From Nemertoderma westbladi (lineage: Eukaryota; Animalia; Xenacoelomorpha): 37,856 nucleotides of DNA. The notes beneath the pieces are model-generated. The model was not told the origin of the DNA. It saw only the letters and a list, made by a program, of their open reading frames with translations, and ran no database searches. Made by a program: the position numbers and the translations under genes. Where the stretch lies: contig JAUCBJ010000442.1 of the NCBI GenBank assembly GCA_032718475.1, positions 1 to 37,856 on the forward strand, read 5' to 3'. The first letter of the stretch is position 1. Every line of letters starts with the position of its first letter. This document shows positions 1-11,634 of the stretch, in pieces.

Positions 1-8
1 GTAGGTGT

Positions 9-105
9 AAAAGGTACACAACTTGGTACATAATAAGTACAAAAGGTACACAACTTGGTACAATGGGTACAAAAGTTACACAACTTGGTACATTGTAGGT
101 ACAAA
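9..105. repeat. Short tandem repeat, ~30-32 bp unit, about 3 copies (may extend left of the window)
   Basis: AAAAG(G/T)TACACAACTTGGTACA recurs at about 9, 41 and 71. Confidence 0.8.
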
Positions 106-1479
106 ACGGCGCCCGGGATACAATGGTGTACCCGGAAAGAAGATGCGCAGATAAACGGATAAATTCGGCGAAAATAAACATAATTTCAGCATTCTTTAAA
201 GATACCGACAGACCACAGACTGCGGGAATACAGGAATAACGGGAGTTTGCGTAAATTAGCGGGAATCTCGAACTGTCGAAAGCTTTCCCGAGATCACTTC
301 CGTTTTTACTGTACCGGTACCCAATTGTGCCCACATCCAGATCGATCCGATAACCGATCACGTCGCCTAGTCCATATGGTTGTCCATAGTCGTCAAAATG
401 CCGCCCGAAACACTTCTTACCGTTTCCTCCGAAGCCAAAACTATTTTTATCAGTCCCGATATCGAGTGTCGCGCTTCCGGTGCTCCAACTAACCCGGCAT
501 GGGCCCTCGCACCTCGTCCTTTACCGTCGCCTCGTAATAGCTGAATAGTAACGAAACGACCGGATCCGACTATTCCTTTAGTCGTCCGGGTACCGTGCCA
601 ACTCCTCTGGCCACGCGCATGACACAGCAACCGTCCGGGGAGATGCCCGCCAACTGGTCACCTCTATCGCTCTATCGAATGAGTTCAACTGAAATTTCGT
701 AGGCCTAGTTCTTCCCCCCGATTTCCCATCGAGTTTTCCATCTCGGAGTTTGTACCGTAGAGTTTCATGGACCAGCTGTAGTATCGGGATACAGAATGCC
801 CCGGTCTTCCCGCTTCCGCCGCCATCAGCACAGTCTCCACCGCCCAGGATCAGAGCTGCAGAGGGACAGCCTCACCCTGCAAGTTGGTCGGTAGACTCCA
901 TTCCAGGACATCCAACAGTCCAACGCGCGTCCGATTTCCTTCTGAACACCACAGTCAGCTACAGAGCTACGAATGATCCCATACTGTGTACTGCAGTACT
1001 GCCATACCTGCATACTGCAGTACTGCCATGCCATATACAATACAATAGCCTAATGCAATACCGGTAGGCCAATACAGCAATAGTCATACAACCAGACTGC
1101 GTTCAGTGTTAGGCAAAACAGAAGTAGGCCTAGCCTAAGCAGCTAGGCTTGTACAGTCTGCAGTCTGACAGTTGTAGCTACAATAATTGCCGAAATGCAT
1201 CGGATCGGATCGGATCGGACGGCATCTGACTATAAATGCACCCTAGCAGGATTCTCGATTCAGGGATTGAGTACAGCCTGACAGTACCGGTACACATGGT
1301 ACATGCAGAATTGCAAAATTTGTCAGAAAACCAGCTGATTTATCCTACAGTAATAATAATTTAACGCATTTTAAATTTGGATAAATAAATTTATTATAAC
1401 TGCAATAACAGTTACACTGATGCTGCACGAAGGCCCCACGCAAATTCTACTTGGAAAATTTTCAAACTTTTGCCAAACA

Positions 1480-1656
1480 ACATGTGTACCAAGTTTGGAT
1501 AGATTTCATCAAGGATTGGCCGAGTTATTAACGTTTAAAATAAAATACTGAAAAAAAACGCGACAGAACGACAGAACGACAGAACGACAGAACGACAGAA
1601 CGACAGGTTGATTAATGGTACCACTACGCTAAGGCTCACTCACTTCGTGGCTCGCC
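1480..1656 (+). mobile_element. Possible non-autonomous Helitron/Helentron-like (HINE/DINE-1-like) remnant containing a (CGACAGAA)n microsatellite
   Basis: ACATGTGTACCAAGTTTGG core, then about 5.5 copies of CGACAGAA (1561-1606) and a short GC-rich end (GCTCACTCACTTCGTGGCTCGCC) that stops at the large inverted repeat. The repeat is certain; the family call rests on remembered architecture only. Confidence 0.35.
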
Positions 1657-2044
1657 CCACATGGCAAATGTCTCGCCACTAATTAAATCTCTGAATAAAT
1701 TTCCAAAAATATTAATGTTAGTGCAGTAGTGTAAAAATAATTATAATTATTAGGATACAAATGTTATTTATTGTTAATATATTTCAGTATTTATAAAATA
1801 TTTTAATCTTTATAAAATATATGTTCAGCTACAGTAAAACGTGATATATTTTACTTTATGGTCATTTTGGTCAAACTAAATTGTAATTTAACAGTCTAAA
1901 TGATGCTATGGTATTTTTATAATTCCTGAAAATCGAATCCTGTGTTTCACGTCTCTTAAATGTATATTAAGTGGGTAACATATTATTTCAAAAAAGGTAT
2001 TAATTTCAATTTCAATATAATTATTAAATATTTTATTAACTTAC

Positions 2045-2211
2045 AGGGCGAACAACAGCGTGTGATATGAAGTGCGCTGTTTTTTGGCAGTTGGTGCTCC
2101 AGCTGCCTCTTTCTTCCTTGCTGGACAATAGCTAACAGAAAGAATAACTGCCTGCATTACAGTGTTGTCGGCGATCTGCGAACCGCATACATACGGTAGT
2201 GCTACCTCCAT
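2045..2211 (-). pseudogene. Duplicated first coding exon of unknown gene A (open copy): MEVALPYVCGSQIADNTVMQAVILSVSYCPARKKEAAGAPTAKKQRTSYHTLLFAL
   Basis: TGTAG|ATG start, 167 nt without a stop, GTAAGT donor (phase 2). The next exon is cut off after ~32 nt at the 1659 boundary. Confidence 0.65.
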
Positions 2212-2504
2212 CTACAATATTTTAATAAGGTTATTTATTACTTGTAATATTATAGATCATAGTATTTATTTATAAGTTTATTAGGCCTACTGAAAAAGTA
2301 AAGTCGATATTATTACAGAGGTAAGTAATGATGGCAGACATGTTGTAGTATCACTCTGATAGTTTGAAACTGAATTTGAGAACATCCTCAAACTTAAAAA
2401 TCTGAAATTATTTATATGACACTTATTCTATTAACAAATCTTTAATAACAGACAATTTATCTATTAATAAATAACAGACATCTATTAATCAATTAATAAA
2501 ATTA

Positions 2505-2712
2505 ACCAACAGTCCCCTTCCGGCAGAACCGACCAACAGAGCGCCTTCCGGTAGAACAGACCGCACTGCATTCCGGCAGAACCGACCAAATGACTGCCTT
2601 CCGGCAGAACCGACCAACTGACCGCCTTCCAGCAGACAGGCAGAACCGACCAACAGACCACCTTCCCGCAGAACCGACCAACAGACAGACCGCCTGCCAG
2701 CAGACCCAACAA
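2505..2712. repeat. ~28 bp minisatellite (CCTTCCGGCAGAACCGACCAACAGA..), mirrored at ~6075-6281
   Basis: About 7 degenerate copies; source of the repetitive ORFs 2485-2741 and 6045-6301. Confidence 0.9.
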
Positions 2713-2807
2713 TCCGCTACAAATACTGAGAATAAAATCATTATCTAATACATAAACCTTTCACATCATAAACTCTCATTTTTTACAGGATGGTAACAGT
2801 GCTCATA

Positions 2808-3060
2808 TGATTGTTAGAGTTGGTAACGGTGACTATAAGGTTGTTAGAGTTCGTAATGGTGCTGATAATGTTGTTCGAATTGGTAATGGTGCTGGTAAGG
2901 TTGTTAGAGTTTGTAACAGTGCTGGTAATCTTGTTAGATCTGGCAACAATGTCGGTATGGTTGTTAGAGTTTGTAATGGTACTGGTAATATTGTTTTTGT
3001 TGTTAATGGTGCTGATAATGTGTGTTCGAGTTGGTAATGGTGCTGGTAAGGTTGTTAGAC
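2808..3060. repeat. 30 bp minisatellite (GTTGTTAGAGTTGGTAATGGTGCTGGTAAG-like), mirrored at ~5751-5980
   Basis: About 8 degenerate 30-mers. The mirrored copy reads (LTSTITNSNN)n and lacks ~24 bp. Confidence 0.9.
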
Positions 3061-3440
3061 ACCAATGTTGGAATATTGTTGTTCTAAATCAAAGCATCAA
3101 TGTTCTCCAATGGAATTATTATTCTGAAATAAAATTCAATAAAATTAAACAACAAAATTAAATATTCTGAAATCGGGTTGGTACTGGTCAAACGACTCAG
3201 AGGAAATATGGCTTAGTATATAGTTATACTATTATAATAATATATATATTAACTATTATAAACTATTTGATATAAACTATTATTAACTATTGATAAACTA
3301 TTATAAAAAACGTAGGTCCTTCATAAATTACAGAATATTATATTATATTGTAATATAATAAAAACTATTTACATACGGTAAAATTGAACATATGTTAAAA
3401 TTGTACATCGGTAAAATGGTAATTATATTAAATTATATAC

Positions 3441-3664
3441 GATGAGTAGCTCAGTTGGTTGAGCGCCGGGCCTGCAATCTATTGGTTGTAGGTTCAGCCC
3501 CGCCATGGTCCACTCAGCCTTTCATCCACTGGGGTCGATGAAATGAGTACCAGTTAAGTAACTGGGAGCAAATCTTGGGATAGGAGTAGCACCCACCCCT
3601 ACCCTTGGGTAGCAGCTATCGAAAGAGGAGCCTTCGGGTCGCCTCCGGCTTTGGCCGAACGAAC
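3441..3664 (+). mobile_element. tRNA-derived SINE (Meta-domain-like centre, RTE-like tail)
   Basis: A box TAGCTCAGTTGG (3447), degenerate B box GGTTCAGCCCC, central GTCCACTCAGCCTTTCATCC..GGGGTCGATGAAATGAGTACCAG, tail GTAGCAGCTATCGAAAGAGGAGCCTTCGGGTCGCC ending GAACGAAC. Domain names are from recalled consensus sequences. Confidence 0.8.
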
Positions 3665-4394
3665 ATTGGTAGTGCATGTAAATTAAGCCACAACACTGTA
3701 AAGTTATGGGATCAAACACTGTAAAGTTATGTACAGGTATCGTTATTATCTATTCCTTTTAAATTTCTTGCGCTATAGCGTTTCTTACGCTGTGACATGC
3801 GCTCTCTCTTTTGATGTTCATAAAGAGAGAGAATCAATAGGTCATCTGCGTAGGGACACCAAATACTGCTGGCTTCGTTCCCCACAGCGATATTCCGATG
3901 TACTTGCCCATCTGGTGCTTCATGTTTGGCAGTAAAATATCAGTGGTAAACTAGGCACCGCTGCTTCCCTTTAAAGATACATCTGGCCCCAAACCAAATT
4001 CTATCAATTTCATGAATCAATCTTGCCACTAGAATACTCTGTCTTTCTGAGCCTGGTGAAGATGTGGTGGTGTCGTTGGTAATTCTCCAATGCCCTCTGT
4101 GAGTACAGCTGGGGCGATATTTACCTCAGGGACAGGTGGTTCACGATGAAAGGCTGTTGTAGCAGCTCTTGATGTCACCCGGACAAGGAGTTCCCCCAAG
4201 TCCTTGATCTACGTCAGTGTAATCTTTATTCTCAGTTCCATAATTAGACGCCAGGTTGTGCTTCTTCTGCCTGTCAAGTAACCAGTTCTTTGCTAAAGCA
4301 GAAGAAAATTATAGAACAACAGAAGAACTTTGTCTCTTATGGCAGCCTGGGTACATTCCTGGGTAGTCTTTTGGTACAAGGACATAGCCTCATC

Positions 4395-5542
4395 GGGAAG
4401 CAGGACAATTCGGTCCCGGACAATTCGGTCCAGACAATTTGGTCCCGGACAATTCGGTCCCATTAAGTTTATGTTTTGGGACCGAATTTTCCGGGACCGA
4501 ATTGTCCGGATACTGACTAGGACAATTCGGTCCCAAAACATGCATATTAATGGGACCGAATTGTCCGGGACCGAATTGTCCGGGACCGAATTGTCCGGGA
4601 CCGAATTATCCGGGACCGAATTGTCCGGGACCAAATTTAATTGGTACTATATAATGGTGAATGTTCTAGAACCTTAATATATATTATTATATGGTAGCTA
4701 GTATTTTTTTTGCTAGCTAGTATTTTTTTTTAAATAAAAAAAATTTACTTTTTTTGTTAACATTATTATTTATGGTAGCTATGGTGTTTTTATGGAGCTT
4801 GTTAATTATTTACTAGCTAGTAATAATATGTATTTAAAATGTTTAAAGCTGATTTTTTTTAATATATTGCGTAAGTATACTGTATGTGTTGTTGGTTGGA
4901 TAACAAGCCTAAATTATTATCCTAGATAATAGCTGGATCTCATTCATATTTATAATATCATCAATATTGTTGGTAATTAATATAATCAGTGCAGCAGTTG
5001 ATGCCTAATTCTGAAATATCAATGTTTTCACAGGTATTTTTATAATTTCAAGGAAATGCTAGCTAGTAAAAAAAAACACTAGCTACACCTTAATAAATAA
5101 TATATAATAATGTTCTCGAACACTTACAATAACAAAAATAAAAAAAATACAGTATTTTTAACATTTCAAAAAGTTCTAGCAAGTAAATAACACTAGCTAC
5201 CATAACAAATATCTCTACTAATGTTCTTGAACATTCACCAATATCAAACAAGCACTAAAAAGTTGCTATCAGGAACTGGACAATTCGGTCCCGGACAATG
5301 CGGTCCCGAACAATTCGGTCCTAGGACAATTCGGTCCTAGGACAATTCGGTCCCGGACAATTATGTCCCGGACAATTCGGTCCCATTTATTTAGTATTTT
5401 GGGACCGAATTGTCCAGGACCGAATTGTCCGGGACCGAATTGTCCGGGACCGAATTGTCCGGGACCGAATTGTCCGGGACCGAATTGTCCGGGACCGAAT
5501 TATCCGGACCGAATTGTCCGGGACCGAATTGTCCTACATCCC
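4395..5542. mobile_element. Non-autonomous foldback DNA transposon/MITE with arrays of 15-bp subterminal repeats
   Basis: Termini GGGAAGCAGGACAATTCGGTCC / GGACCGAATTGTCCTACATCCC are inverted. Arrays of GGACAATTCGGTCCC in both orientations at 4403-4633 and 5278-5534. AT-rich, quasi-palindromic middle. Probable 6-bp TSD CTCATC/CTTATC. Confidence 0.9.
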
Positions 5543-5589
5543 CTTATCGAACATGGCTCTACCTGATAGAGTTGCCGGAATGGATTGAA

Positions 5590-7135
5590 ATATACTAAGC
5601 AATATTTCCTCTGAGTCGTTTGACCAGTACCAACCCGATTTCAGAATATTTAATTTTGTTGTTTAATTTTATTGAATTTTATTTCAGAATAATAATTCCA
5701 TTGGAGAACATTGATGCTTTGATTTAGAACAACAATATTCCAACATTGGTGTCTAACAACCTTACCAGCACCATTACCAACTCGAACAACATTATCAGAC
5801 CCAGTACCATTACACACTCTAACAACCATACCGACATTGTTGCCAGATCTAACAAAATTACCAGCACTGTTTCAAACTCTAACAACCTTACCAGCACCAT
5901 TACCAATTCGAACAACATTGTCAGCACCATTACGACCTCTAACAACCTTATAGTCAAGGTTACCAACTCTAACAATCATATGAGCACTGTTACCATCCTG
6001 TAAAAAATGAGAGTTTATGATGTGAAAGGTTTATGTATTAGATAATGATTTTATTCTCAGTATTTGTAGCGGATTGTTGGGTCTGCTGGCAGGCGGTCTG
6101 TCTGTTGGTCGGTTCTGCGGGAAGGTGGTCTGTTGGTCGGTTCTGCCTGTCTGCTGGAAGGCGGTCAGTTGGTCGGTTCTGCCGGAAGGCAGTCATTTGG
6201 TCGGTTCTGCCGGAATGCGGTGCGGTCTGTTCTACCGGAAGGCGCTCTGTTGGTCGGTTCTGCCGGAAGGGGACTGTTGGTTAATTTTATTAATTGATTA
6301 ATAGATGTCTGTTATTTATTAATAGATAAATTGTCTGTTATTAAAGATTTGTTAATAGAATACGTGTCATATAAATAATTTCAGATTTTTAAGTTTGAGG
6401 ATGTTCTCAAATTCAGTTTCAAACTATCAGAGTGATACTACAACATGTCTGCCTTCATTACATTACCTCTGTAATAATAACGACTTTACTTTTTCAGTAG
6501 GCCTAATAAACTTATAAATAAATACTATGATCTATAATATTACAAGTAATAAATAACCTTATTAAAATATTGTAGATGGAGGTAGCTCTACCATATGTAT
6601 GCGGTTCGCAGATCGCCGACAACACTGCAATGTAGGCAGTTATTCTTTCTGTTAGCTATGGGCCAGCAAGGAAGAAAGAGGCAGCTGGAGCACCAACTGC
6701 CAAAAAACAGCGCACTTCATATCACACGCTGTTGTTCGCCCTGTAAGTTAATAAAATATTTAATAATTAAATTGAATATTGAAATTGAAATTAATACCTT
6801 TTTTGAAATAATATGTTACCCACTTAATATACATTTAACAGACGTGAAACACAGGATTCGATTTTCAGGAATTATAAAAATACCATAGCATCATTTAGAC
6901 TGTTAAATTACAATTTAGTTTGACCAAAATGACCATAAAGTAAAATATATCACGTTTTACTGTAGCTGAACATATATTTTATAAAGATTAAAAGATTTTA
7001 TAAATACTGAAATATATTAACAATAAATAACATTTGTACCCTAATAATTATAATTATTTTTACACTACTGCACTAACATTAATATTTTTGGAAATTTATT
7101 CAGAGATTTAATTAGTGGCGAGACATTTGCCATGT
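5590..7135 (+). repeat. Right arm of the ~1.55 kb inverted duplication (probable source copy)
   Basis: Reverse complement of 1659-3221. The exon cut at the left arm's outer end continues uninterrupted here past 7135. Confidence 0.97.
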
Positions 7136-8735
7136 TGGCTGAGCATCCCCATACTACGGCGTTATATTTTCACTCTGCTGGAGTTGGCGTCGGATCGTTC
7201 ATACGGATAGTAGAACCAACAACCACTGGAAACACGATTGTTAATCTACCGGTGATTACCACGGACGCGAAGTTGGAGCCGATGAACGACCCGCCGACAA
7301 TACCCCTAGTATCGAGTCTTCCATCCCTCATAAGCTCATCGAAGGAACTCAAAAGGCTTTTACATGCGACTAGAATCATTGCAGTTACAACGGGTGAGTT
7401 TATTGTCATGTTTATTCTTTAATGTCATAACTCAACACACAGTTACTAAAATTAAAACTAATAGTATGTTGTAAATGTATATAACAATGTTCTGAATTTG
7501 TAATTTAGAATACTAAATACGAAAGCTGTACCTGCAAAATATTCTTGAGAAAAAGCAATCTACATTGAACGCAATCTATAGTTTTTCATTTTTTCAATCG
7601 GATATATTTATTATAGTGGTCATTTTGTGGCTAACCCTAAAAGGTATTTTATATATGAAGATATTATAATATATTTTTACACAATATATTTTATATTTAC
7701 AGATCAACATCGTCCAAGGATGCAGAGGGGCAGTGTGCACTGTGCAGGGGCACCTACTACGGTAGGCCGTGTCCCTGTTTTCGAATAGTGGACCCCGTTT
7801 GGGTACTTAAGGCCGATGTCGTGCTTGAGGAAGTATTTGATAATGAGTCACGACGTATCCGCCCTCATTATTTCTGCAGTAATGATTTTACCTCATTATT
7901 CTTCGATAAAGCGCACCTAGAAGTGAGTAATAAATAAATAGGAAATGTACCTTATGTGTAAAGTAAAGCACCAGTGTCTATTGTAACGGAAAACAAGTTG
8001 ACTTTCAGTGTAATGAAAGAGTCTAGACATATAAAGTATATCTTTTCTATTCTTCCCTATATTGATTTTACAGAGCTCTAATGTTAAAGTTTATTAGATA
8101 AAATATATTACTTTACAAATAGAATGTATTGGTCACTCTTTGTGAATAAATAGTTATTAAGATATTATATTATATTATAATTATATTATTTACTATTATA
8201 GATAAATAATATTTAACATTATTTATAATATAATACAAAACTACAATACATTTTTTTTTTTTAGCGAACAAACCAAATTGTATTGATGTATTATTATATG
8301 ATAATAATTACCCAATATCGTCAAAATAACTACAATACATTTGCTGTATTGAATCATATTAGTATAAACTAAAAAACTAACTATATGGCACTCACATGTT
8401 TGACATTTTAGAACCTAATATGTTTTTGGATAAAAGTTATCATAATTACAAAAACTAATAGCAAAAATTAGAACTCAAGCTTTTGAATTATATTAATTAA
8501 TTGAATTACTACATACATACAGTATGTTGAATTGTAATATTTATACAATAACAAAAATACTTGTAAAAATGCATGGGATAAGAATATCCAAATTTTCTTA
8601 TGTTTCAATTACACCTTTTATATAATCATGTAGGCAAAGACAAATCGCATCCCAGGGGGCACTGCCCGGGCCCACGTTGTTGGTGAACTCGACCGGTACG
8701 GAGATCGTCGGTGGAATGTGTTCTGGTGGTTAACA
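6576..8735 (+). pseudogene. Unknown gene A: 4-exon pseudogene (6576-6742, 7104-7393, 7703-7922, 8634-~8735) encoding a beta-rich, OB-fold-like segment plus a C-x4-C...C-x-C module
   Basis: Canonical AG/GT sites with consistent phases. Reconstruction: ...TSYHTLLFAL|DLISGETFAMLAEHPHTTALYFHSAGVGVGSFIRIVEPTTTGNTIVNLPVITT...SKELK/GFYMRLESLQLQR|INIVQGCRGAVCTVQG/TYYGRPCPCFRIVDPVWVLKADVVLEEVFDNESRRIRPHYFCSNDFTSLFFDKAHLE|AKTNRIPGGTARAHVVGELDRYGDRRWNVFWW. Lesions: TAG at 6633, +1 base near 7351-7354 and near 7747-7757, 3' end replaced by a LINE remnant. The fold call is inference. Confidence 0.7.
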
Positions 8736-9105
8736 TTTAGCCATTACCAAACTTCTGTTCCACTGTACAAAAAACTGCATATTCTACCACTCGATCTTTT
8801 ATATTTAAACACCAGACCGCTCTATATGCACACATAAGTATGACATTAATATTGGAATTAATTTTCAACACCCTGACTTAGAACTGCCTTTCGCAAGAAC
8901 TTCATCAATACACAATTACTTAACTCGATCCTCTACGAAAGGCAACTATAATATCCCGCTTGTTAGACTTGAAATAGCCAAACAATCCATTAATTTTCTG
9001 GGTCCATCCATTTGGAACTCGGTACCCCCTGATATTCGTAAACATTCTAAATCAAAATACTCTTTTTCCAAATCCTATAAAAGGTTCTTACTTAAAAATG
9101 TTTAG
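8736..9105 (+). mobile_element. 3' remnant of a CR1/L2-group LINE ORF2
   Basis: Translates HYQTSVPLYKKLHILPLDLLY.. then, after a frameshift, IHNYLTRSSTKGNYNIPLVRLEIAKQSINFLGPSIWNSVPPDIRKHSKSKYSFSKSYKRFLLKNV* (stop 9103-9105). The H-x-Y-x-TR / GP-x-x-WN-x-x-P pattern is typical of this clade's C-terminus. Confidence 0.8.
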
Positions 9106-9374
9106 TAACTTACCTATATCATGCTTTAAATACCGGTCACCAGAATGAGATCAAACTCACCCCCTCACCAATAATCTCAGCCCTCGATGTTCAAACATTC
9201 TGACAGAGTGCTATCTGCTAATTAATTAATTAGTTAAGCTAACAATAAACAAATATCTAATTCCATTTATAGAATTATATTCCCTAAATGCCGTGGATTT
9301 TCAAAATTTTATTTTATTCGGATTAACTTTGTAAAAGATTGCTTTGAATCCTCATTTGTATTTGTAATATCTAT

Positions 9375-9858
9375 TGTACATCTATCGGTCAAGTGGTTCA
9401 GTAGCTCAGTCGGTAGAGCGTTGGAAATTATATGTGTAGTAGGTATTGAGTTCGAATCCTAGTAAGTGCAAATTATTTTTTGTGCAGAATTTCAACTCAT
9501 TTAAATTAACCGCTACAAATTAATTGCATTTGTCTGTACCAATAAGACTGTAGTTATTTGATTGTAACCAATGTCGTGCAAGTTATATATTAGCTGGACC
9601 AATAGCTATCTTTAAAACCCTGTTAGAACCCATAGAACAATCGAGAATTTTCTCGATTGATTGCGGCACAAATTTAGTATATAAAGGTGCGATTTGTTCA
9701 TTAGTTATTCACTCTACTTCTCAGATTATCTTATCAATATTCTGTCGTGCTTAGTTTATTTCAGATTACATTGTACATATTATTATAATCTTCTGTAATA
9801 AAGTCAGAATATTCTCTCAGCTTTTCTATCTGTTTTACCATGGATTCACTACGGTGAA
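9375..9858 (+). mobile_element. Possible orphan 5' LTR plus PBS-like site
   Basis: TG start, TATATAAAG (~9678), AATAAA (~9797), ends ..TTACCA (9840) directly followed by TGGATTCACTACGG. No second LTR and no gag/pol in the window. Confidence 0.3.
9394..9481 (+). pseudogene. tRNA-like Pol III unit (tRNA pseudogene or SINE head)
   Basis: A box TAGCTCAGTCGG, B box GAGTTCGAATCC, then a T-run at ~9475-9481. Acceptor and anticodon stems do not pair properly. Confidence 0.6.
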
Positions 9859-11634
9859 CAAACCTAAGGGACAGGATGGCCGGCTAGAGATCGGGCCGCA
9901 GCAATGAACGGGAACATCGGGGGAATGTAGACGAGAGACAACCCGCAATACCATCTAGAGTTATTCGCCCATCGCCTGAAAGGTTAGACAGCGTTCGATC
10001 CTTGCTACCTAAGTGTAAGACCAAAAGATCAAAAGGTAGACGTAGTGACACGCTGTAAGCCTAAAATTACATCATAGGGACTGTACTGTCTTGATTCAGG
10101 AAAAACCGCAGTAGACCTTCATATTCCTACGGGAGGGGGGAGAGCGCAGGCAGATACTAGTACGCAGATAGGACGTAGGCACACCGGTACAAGGCATACA
10201 AATGGTTAGGGTGCAGCAAACTGTACGCTTAACTCTTGCTAAGTACAGGTGTGTGTGCGACTATTTGTAATACGACAGTGTCCATTGCATTAGAACTTGT
10301 AGGCTAGGGGGGTTGCTGTGTTTTCACCTGAATTGGGATTGTACCGTTCAGGCGGTAGGGCAGTTTACACTAGGCGCAAATAAATTGAGGCTATCAGGGA
10401 TATACTAACATCTACCGTGTCCCCGCCAACGCCCTAATAGGAAGTTACCCGGACTAACTGGGTGACTAAAATTCTAGATAGGAGCCAGGATAGCTATTAG
10501 TACCCGTACGCCTACAGTAGTAAACTAACACATCTCTTCTTAGTATCAGGGACCTGGTACCTAAAATTGCCGAATTCTGGGCGTAGCATTAACCCTATGC
10601 CTGAATTTGAGTCCTGGAAATACGCAAGAGGGGAAGGAACCTTATCATTCGTGAGTATTGGACCTACAAGTTATAAAATTAGAATATTCGTAAAATGCAC
10701 ACCGTACCCAGTAATTATATATGTGAAGGAGCAAAACTGCTTTTGACCGTTCAGAATTAACACACGCGCGTTAGAAATTATTTACACCTCAAAATATATA
10801 AAATTAACTTTCGTCCTTACTGCACTTTGCTCGCTAGTTAGACATCTCCAAATCTCTGCCTGTACCTAGCTAGCGTCCCTTTGCCCAACCATATAAATCA
10901 CACCGCGGCAAAGTATACGAGCCCCTTAGTCCGTCAGTGAGTCAGCCTGATTTTAGGATTCGCTGCGCGGGATTTTGTTTTCTCGAAGTTTGTCTGCTCG
11001 TAGACTGTTTTCTGCCTCACCGGTCATAAGAGATCGATACTGCAATATATTCGCTTACTTAGAGTTTACTGTTTTGGTGAGAAGGTCGGATTTATGATTT
11101 GATTCACAAACTTTACAGTAGGATATTGCAGGTATTGTTGCTGTCTCTTCAATTACCATTAGAACACAGAAATATATCATAAATTTTGAGTACCCCCCCC
11201 CCCCCCCCCCCCTTCCCCTACAAGATCCCTCCCATCCATTCATCATCAATAAACACTATTAATGCGTAACCAATTGTGTTATTACCATTACTGGCTGGTT
11301 ACGACTACTAGCACTGCTATCAGTTACCAGCCAGTCTATCATATTACTACCTCCACTTACAATACTAACCCAGATTCATTATCATCACTCTCAAAAATAT
11401 TCATCTAACCCTCATTCCTCATAAGATACGATGATTGGTGATGGGAAAGGAGTAACATGATACAATTTTTGTAATATGATGGAAATAAATAAATTTGATT
11501 GATTGATTGATTGTGGGCGAAGTCGGCCACTAACGTGGAAGGGATGGCGATGGCTGCCCGTGTAAATATTATCAGAATAGTGCCAACCGATCGGGAGCTC
11601 GTGTTCAGAAAATATGTCGACCAGGACGCTCCCC

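Larger units (their letters stand above)
1659..3221 (-). repeat. Left arm of a ~1.55 kb inverted duplication (partner 5590-7135)
   Basis: Reverse complement matches 5590-7135 throughout. Outer ends ACATGGCAAATGTCTCGCC / GGCGAGACATTTGCCATGT, inner ends GCTTAGTATAT / ATATACTAAGC. Scattered substitutions and a few small indels. Confidence 0.97.

Noticed and set aside
247-1067. Short ORFs in the GC-richer start of the window
   Set aside because: Non-ATG or short, with no recognisable motifs or consistent splice structure.
4403-5534. 15-bp arrays (also the 19- and 24-bp arrays) as CRISPR arrays
   Set aside because: Units are contiguous with no unique spacers, there are no cas genes, and the context is eukaryotic.
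2485-6301. Repetitive ORFs (2485-3161, 4293-4677, 5363-5598, 5724-6301) as protein genes
   Set aside because: They are translations of 15-, 28- and 30-bp tandem repeats that stay open in several frames and on both strands.
1659-7135. Large inverted repeat as Maverick/Polinton or other transposon TIRs
   Set aside because: No TSD, no simple-repeat termini, no polB/integrase/transposase inside, and the boundary cuts through an exon.
3441-9481. Functional tRNA genes at 3441 and 9394
   Set aside because: The cloverleaf stems do not pair, and the first continues into a SINE body.
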